64,000 nt of DNA from Collinsella sp. (GTDB lineage Bacteria > Actinomycetota > Coriobacteriia > Coriobacteriales > Coriobacteriaceae), in assembly GCA_048500675.1 (NCBI GenBank), contig DBFSAO010000141.1, positions 3,782 to 67,781 on the forward strand, in the 5' to 3' direction. The notes beneath the pieces are model-generated. The model worked only from the letters and a program-made list of their open reading frames with translations. It was not told where the DNA came from and made no database searches. Positions 31,101 to 35,605 of this stretch are shown here, piece after piece (the first letter of the stretch is position 1; each line of letters opens with the position of its first letter). The position numbers were made by a program, and so were the translations under genes.

Positions 31101-31118
31101 CGCACACACGCGATTCAT
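19134..31118 (-). CDS. Giant cell-wall-anchored adhesin (about 3994 aa from ATG 31118): signal peptide, PA14/fibro-slime-like domain, CnaB-type and DUF11-type repeats, about 18 pilin-isopeptide (Spy0128/FctA-like) modules, Gly/Pro/Ser stalk, MPDTG sorting signal
   Basis: Single 12-kb ORF. The signal peptide is [46 protein letters not shown] and [19 protein letters not shown] match fibro-slime/PA14-type motifs. Repeated K-x-L-x-GR ... Y-x-Y-x-I-x-E ... F-[TV]-N-x-Y module boundaries occur 18 times. The C-terminus is MPDTGD plus TM plus RRRR. ATG at 31118 is preceded by GGGGAGGG; the track start at 31271 would bury the signal peptide. Confidence 0.9.
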   Translation of the reverse strand: [3994 protein letters not shown]

Positions 31119-31154
31119 GAAGGCCCTCCCCAAATCCATGAGGACGGCAAGCAG

Positions 31155-31192
31155 CGGCTCGCTATATATGTGTGTCGTCCCCATCGATGCAA
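31155..31192 (-). promoter_or_regulatory. Candidate sigma-70-type promoter of the giant adhesin gene (TTGCAT-N17/18-TATATA)
   Basis: The minus strand reads TTGCAT CGATGGGGACGACACAC ATATATA. It lies about 40-70 nt upstream of ATG 31118 in a locally AT-rich stretch. Confidence 0.3.
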
Positions 31193-31199
31193 ATATACG

Positions 31200-31208
31200 C
31201 CCCCCCCC
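31200..31208. repeat. Homopolymeric C9 (G9 on the coding strand of the adhesin)
   Basis: Nine consecutive C residues, 8 nt upstream of the putative -35 hexamer and 82-90 nt upstream of ATG 31118. Confidence 0.95.
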
Positions 31209-31387
31209 GCGCAGAAACGCAAGGCGGGACATCGCAATATACTTAAAATTGTAGCAATTTAAACGACCCACTATTCCGCGTCAGGTTGCCACTCGGTCGT
31301 CAAATCGAACCATTCGCGCCATCAAAGGGGTTCGGCGGGATAAAACCGTCGGCAATCTTTATCCCCACAGCCCCACAAGGTAGCTAA

Positions 31388-31457
31388 TTTGGGACGGGGC
31401 TTTTTTGACTACTTGGGCAATCAGATCGGCATGTAGTCAAAATAGCCCCGACCCAAA
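31388..31457. repeat. 25-bp-arm hairpin; left arm belongs to repeat family V
   Basis: TTTGGGACGGGGCTTTTTTGACTAC-N20-GTAGTCAAAATAGCCCCGACCCAAA. The 25-mer AGCTAATTTGGGACGGGGCTTTTTT (31382-31406) recurs inverted at 44332-44356. Confidence 0.7.
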
Positions 31458-31477
31458 AAGACCGGTCTGACGCTGCA

Positions 31478-31635
31478 CCACGAAAAGGTCCTATCTACTA
31501 CGTTTAGGCCGCAGGGGTCAACCATAGCCGGCTTTTTCGAAAATCGGCAAGCCGTTTACCTGCAGTTTTAATTTCACATAATCCGGGATGGTCGAGGTAG
31601 CTCGGTTAAACGTAGTAGATGGCCGCATTTCGTGG
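31478..31635. repeat. Inverted repeats (about 29 nt, 14-nt perfect core ATCTACTACGTTTA) flanking a 100-bp segment with a promoter-like motif
   Basis: The left arm is 31478-31506 and the right arm 31607-31635. Inside, TTTACC-N16-CATAAT (31555-31582) points away from the adhesin gene. Confidence 0.6.
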
Positions 31636-31689
31636 CAAACGGTCCGACCCAAGGCCCAAGGCGGCCAGCCTCGGATGACCATTCACGAA

Positions 31690-31757
31690 GTTGCGGTGGA
31701 ATACGGACTGAATTGGCGCCTTAAAGGCAAAAACACTCCGTATTTCACCGCAACTTA
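31690..31757 (-). terminator. Long hairpin AAGTTGCGGTGGAATACGGA-N28-TCCGTATTTCACCGCAACTT downstream of the tadA-glxK fusion
   Basis: 20-bp stem starting 16 nt after the stop at 31773. There is no clear T-run, so its function as a terminator is uncertain. Confidence 0.4.
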
Positions 31758-31772
31758 TCGAGGGGATGGGTT

Positions 31773-33554
31773 TTAGATACGGCCAAGGTCGTAGGATCGA
31801 GCGGCCGCTTCGCCGGCGCAGATAAGGTTGGCTGTGGCTTCTTGCGGATCGAGTGCCTGCTCCAGGTCCATGGGCTTGCGGCAGATCGGAAGCACCAAGT
31901 CAATGCCCTGCTCATACACCGCATCCAGGTTGACGGCGCGACCACCCACGACGGCGGCTACCGGCTTGCCATATCGCTTCGCGCGACGGGCCACACCCAC
32001 CGGCGCCTTACCGGCAGCGGATTGGTCGTCCATATTGCCCTCGCCTGTAATGACCAGGTCGGCATCGCGCACGCACTCGTCAAACCCCACGAGGTCAAGC
32101 ACGGTTTCTACGCCTGAGCGCAGCTCGGCGCCGAGCGCCAACAGTGCTGCTCCCAGACCACCGGCGGCACCGGCACCGGGCACACCGAGCACCGAGCCAA
32201 ATGTCCGTGCACCCTCGGGCACGCGCAGCAACCCCTGAGCCCGCGCCCTAGCAATCGCCGTATCGAGCAGGCGACCGTAGCCGACCATCCAGCCGTCGTA
32301 CCCGCCCAGCGCCTCGGTATCATCCGCCGGCAGACCCTTCTGTCCGCCGAACACCGCAAGCGCGCCGCGACGCCCTACGAGCGGATTCTCGACATCCGAA
32401 AGCACAACGATACGAGCGCCGCGCAGCACCTCAAGCGCCGGTGTCAAATCAACGTTCGCCACCTGCTCAAGCCCCGCGAGACCGGGAGCGATATCGCAGC
32501 CCTGATCATCGACCACACGCGCGCCCAGCGCCTGCAGCATGCCGGCGCCGCCGTCGTTGGTGGCACTACCGCCCAAGCCAATATAGATAGTCTTTGCACC
32601 CGCGCGAACCGCACGAAGCATCAGTTCGCCCACGCCATAGGTTGTGGCCGCCAACGCTGCCGATTCCGTGCAAGGCGAATACCCAATACCCGCCGTCTCG
32701 GCCATCTCAATGACCGCGGACTCGCGCTCGGCATCTACCAGCATCCGGGCAGACACGGGTTCACCAAAGGGACCTGCCACCTCGCAGGTCGAGAGCTCGC
32801 CACCACGCGCGGCAACGGCGTCGAGCGTTCCCTCGCCACCATCTGCCAGCGGCAATGTGCGAACCTCGGCATCGGGCCACACACGGCGCACGCCTTCGGC
32901 AACGGCCGCCTCCGCCTGTGCACTCGAAACGCTGCCCTTAAAGGAGTCGATCGCCAGCAGCACACGGCGGGGCCGGCGACACACGGGGCCAAAATCAACC
33001 GTTTCAACGGCGACATCTCCAGCACACGCGAGCACCTCGGCATGAGCGGTATGCGCCTCAAGATCAGATCCACAGCCACAGCCAGCACCATCGGTACCAC
33101 GCAGCCCACCAAAATAGCCGCTCAACACCTCACGACACTCATCCGCCAGTACGCCGGCATGTACGTTAAACCGATGATTCAGGCGCGAATCGGCATTCAG
33201 GTCATACAACGAGCCCAGCGCACCCGCCTTGGCATCGGTCGCGCCATACACGCAACGCCCCACGCGCGCGTTAACCATAAGCCCCGCGCACATACAGCAG
33301 GGCTCGAGCGTCACGTAGACCGTGCAATCGGAAAGGCGCCAGCGCCCAAGCGCCTGAGCGGCAGCACACAGGGCCGAAAACTCGGCATGAGCCGAAGGAT
33401 CCTGGTCGAGCTCGCGGCGATTATGCGCCCTCGCGACGATCTCACCCGCGCGCACCACCACAGCGCCAATGGGCACTTCGCCCACCGCAGCGGCGGCGCG
33501 CGCCTCGGCCAACGCCTCGCGCATGAACTTCTCGTCGATTTCGGTGATCGTCAT
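31773..33554 (-). CDS. Fusion protein: tRNA-specific adenosine deaminase (TadA, CDA fold) N-terminal domain plus glycerate kinase (GlxK/GarK family) C-terminal domain
   Basis: The N-terminus has HAEFSAL ... TLEPCCMCAG zinc motifs. After a linker of about 45 aa come LLAIDSFKGS, LADGGEGT and GGSATNDGGAGML, typical of glycerate kinase. There is no stop between the domains. ATG at 33554 (MTITEIDEKF) is preceded by GGGAAGG. Confidence 0.8.
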   Translation of the reverse strand: MTITEIDEKFMREALAEARAAAAVGEVPIGAVVVRAGEIVARAHNRRELDQDPSAHAEFSALCAAAQALGRWRLSDCTVYVTLEPCCMCAGLMVNARVGRCVYGATDAKAGALGSLYDLNADSRLNHRFNVHAGVLADECREVLSGYFGGLRGTDGAGCGCGSDLEAHTAHAEVLACAGDVAVETVDFGPVCRRPRRVLLAIDSFKGSVSSAQAEAAVAEGVRRVWPDAEVRTLPLADGGEGTLDAVAARGGELSTCEVAGPFGEPVSARMLVDAERESAVIEMAETAGIGYSPCTESAALAATTYGVGELMLRAVRAGAKTIYIGLGGSATNDGGAGMLQALGARVVDDQGCDIAPGLAGLEQVANVDLTPALEVLRGARIVVLSDVENPLVGRRGALAVFGGQKGLPADDTEALGGYDGWMVGYGRLLDTAIARARAQGLLRVPEGARTFGSVLGVPGAGAAGGLGAALLALGAELRSGVETVLDLVGFDECVRDADLVITGEGNMDDQSAAGKAPVGVARRAKRYGKPVAAVVGGRAVNLDAVYEQGIDLVLPICRKPMDLEQALDPQEATANLICAGEAAARSYDLGRI

Positions 33555-33605
33555 CGTTCGCCTTCCCTGTTGCAAATTCAAAACGATGCTATCATTACGA
33601 CTCAC

Positions 33606-33695
33606 GGAGAGATGGCAGAGCGGTTGAATGCGGCGGTCTTGAAAACCGTTGAGCGCGAGAGCGTTCCGGGGGTTCGAATCCCCCTCTCTCCGCCA
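33606..33695 (+). tRNA. tRNA-Ser (anticodon UGA), CCA encoded
   Basis: Acceptor GGAGAGA/TCTCTCC, anticodon loop CTTGAAA, long variable arm, T-loop GGTTCGAATCC, discriminator G plus CCA. Confidence 0.9.
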
Positions 33696-33698
33696 CTT

Positions 33699-34295
33699 CT
33701 AGTGATGCACCGGCGTCATGGTTCGTTCGAACAGCGCATCGACCACGTCGGCCATCTCGGGTCGACGCTCGAGGTCGTGACCCGATTCCCACCATATCGT
33801 GAAAAGTCGAATAATACCGCCGGCGACAAACTCAGACGTCGTCTCGAGCGACACGGGGGCCAGGGCATCCTCGGCAAGCACGTTCATCACACGCTCGCGG
33901 ATAGAGCGGGCAATGCGGTCGCAAATAACGTTGGTCAACATGCCCGACATGCTGCTTGCCAAAATGTTATCCATGAGCTGCTCGTGCGCCAGAATCAAAT
34001 CCATGGCATCGTCCAAAATCGCGTGCCGAAGCGCGCGCACGTCCTCGGCAGACACTGTGCCGGCCTCATCGGGCTGTTTTTGCGGCAAGCTCGACATGAG
34101 CTCATCGATATAAAAGGCAAAGTAATCGTTCTTGTCGCGAAAGTGCTTGTAGAACGTCGTGCGGCGAATCATGGCGCGGTCGCACAGCATGGCAACCGTC
34201 AGGTCCTCAAAACGATGCTCCTCGAGAAGCTCGGTAAAGGCATCGAACAGGGCACGGTAGGTTTTCTTGATGCGAAGGTCCACTGGTATCGCCAT
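33699..34295 (-). CDS. TetR/AcrR family transcriptional regulator
   Basis: From ATG 34295 the sequence is MAIPVDLRIKKTYRALFDAFTELLEEHRFEDLTVAMLCDRAMIRRTTFYKHF, a canonical TetR HTH. The track's longer start overlaps lemA and is rejected. Confidence 0.8.
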   Translation of the reverse strand: MAIPVDLRIKKTYRALFDAFTELLEEHRFEDLTVAMLCDRAMIRRTTFYKHFRDKNDYFAFYIDELMSSLPQKQPDEAGTVSAEDVRALRHAILDDAMDLILAHEQLMDNILASSMSGMLTNVICDRIARSIRERVMNVLAEDALAPVSLETTSEFVAGGIIRLFTIWWESGHDLERRPEMADVVDALFERTMTPVHH

Positions 34296-34494
34296 CCTCA
34301 GGGCAAAGACAACACTCGTCAATCTGTCGCATATCTTACACCTGTACCTCGCGCGCTTTGCCCCGGTGCCAACCCCACCGAAAACATAACGCTTACCGGA
34401 AAGTTCGGCACGGCAAAACGTTGCGGGTATACTAGTAGCGTTATACCAACGGCAGCTGGCGCATGCCGCCGCGGCCATTCGAAACGGAGACATC

Positions 34495-35046
34495 ATGATT
34501 ACCGTCATCATCGGCATCGTTGTTGTCATTATGATTGTCTGCGCCATCGCCGGCATCTACAACAACATGGTCACCAAGCGTAACCGCATCGATAACGCCT
34601 GGCAGAACATCGATACGCAGCTGCAGCGCCGCAACGACCTAATCCCCAACCTGGTCGAGACCGTCAAGGGCTACGCCAAGCACGAGCAAGAGACGCTCTC
34701 CGCCGTGATCAGTGCGCGTAACACCGCCGTCAAGGCCACCACGCCCGAGGCCAAGATGGAAGCCGACAACGTGCTGACCGGTGCGCTGCGCCAGCTCTTC
34801 GCCGTAGCCGAGGCCTACCCCGATCTTAAGGCAAACACCAACTTTACGCAGCTGCAGGCATCGCTCGAGGATACCGAGAACAAGATTAGCTATGCACGCC
34901 AGAGCTACAACGATTGCGTGCTCAGCTACAACAACGCCATTCAGACGTTCCCGGCTGTCATCTTTGCCGGCATCTTCCAGTTTAAGGAGCGTCAGGGCTT
35001 CGAAGCAGCTGAGGCCGCCCACCAGGCACCGACCGTCAAGTTCTAG
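34495..35046 (+). CDS. lemA: LemA family protein
   Basis: N-terminal TM helix then YNNMVTKRNRIDNAWQNIDTQLQRRNDLIPNLVETVKGYAKHE, the LemA signature. Confidence 0.85.
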   Translation: MITVIIGIVVVIMIVCAIAGIYNNMVTKRNRIDNAWQNIDTQLQRRNDLIPNLVETVKGYAKHEQETLSAVISARNTAVKATTPEAKMEADNVLTGALRQLFAVAEAYPDLKANTNFTQLQASLEDTENKISYARQSYNDCVLSYNNAIQTFPAVIFAGIFQFKERQGFEAAEAAHQAPTVKF

Positions 35047-35084
35047 TAGTTTGGCAGCGCATCCTTAATCGGACAAATGTATAA

Positions 35085-35129
35085 ACCGCCCCGTCGAATG
35101 CATACTTCGACGGGGCGGTTTCCTTTTTC
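35085..35129 (+). terminator. Intrinsic terminator ACCGCCCCGTCGAA-N7-TTCGACGGGGCGGT plus TTCCTTTTTC
   Basis: 14-bp stem plus T-run, 40 nt after the lemA stop. Confidence 0.8.
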
Positions 35130-35160
35130 GCGAAGGTCCCCCTCTAAGCGTCGTGCATTT

Positions 35161-35451
35161 TTAGGAGTATTCAACATAACCAAGAGCTTCGGGCGCCACG
35201 ATAAATGCCAAAGACCGCGAATATCCCTGCAAATCAAACGCTGCCAGCCCATAACCCCGCCCATCATTCGTAGAAAACATCGAGAACTCCCGATTTTTTG
35301 CCCGAGGTCGGTATGCAGGGACCTTCGACTGCAGAATACTCGCAAAAATGCACGTCGCCACCGCCCCCACATGGCGCGAAGCAAAGCAAAAGCGCAGCCT
35401 AAAAGGCCGCGCACCATCTTTATTCAGATTAATCATTGCCCGTTGTGACAT
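35161..35451 (-). CDS. Hypothetical protein or gene remnant (96 aa) in a locally lower-GC patch
   Basis: Inner part of track ORF 35161-35649, starting MSQRAMINLNKDG. The composition is more natural than the flanking artefact ORFs, but no family was recognised and no clear RBS is present. Confidence 0.2.
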   Translation of the reverse strand: MSQRAMINLNKDGARPFRLRFCFASRHVGAVATCIFASILQSKVPAYRPRAKNREFSMFSTNDGRGYGLAAFDLQGYSRSLAFIVAPEALGYVEYS

Positions 35452-35464
35452 CGCCGAACCCGCA

Positions 35465-35589
35465 GGGCAGAGAACAAGTTCCCTCCCGGCGCACTCCGCA
35501 GGACGCAAGAAGCCCTCGCCGCACGAAGTGCGCAGCGAGGGCTTCTTGCATGTCCGAGGACGCGCCGGGAGGGAACTTGTTCTCTGCCC
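35465..35589 (-). repeat. Long palindrome, tentative family P copy 3 (125 bp)
   Basis: 28-bp outer stem GGGCAGAGAACAAGTTCCCTCCCGGCGC / complement and inner hairpin GCAAGAAGCCCTCGC / GCGAGGGCTTCTTGC. It lies 17 bp downstream of the ilvE stop. Confidence 0.75.
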
Positions 35590-35605
35590 GGATAGGTAAG
35601 ACAAA

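Noticed and set aside
31588-31776. 62-aa plus-strand ORF in the region upstream of the adhesin
   Set aside because: It is built almost entirely from the arms of two long hairpins (31607-31635 and 31690-31757), has no RBS, and overlaps the tadA-glxK stop.
34296-34556. N-terminal extension of the TetR ORF (track start 34556)
   Set aside because: The extension is Met/Thr-rich and overlaps the lemA start region on the other strand. The TetR HTH begins right after the internal ATG at 34295.
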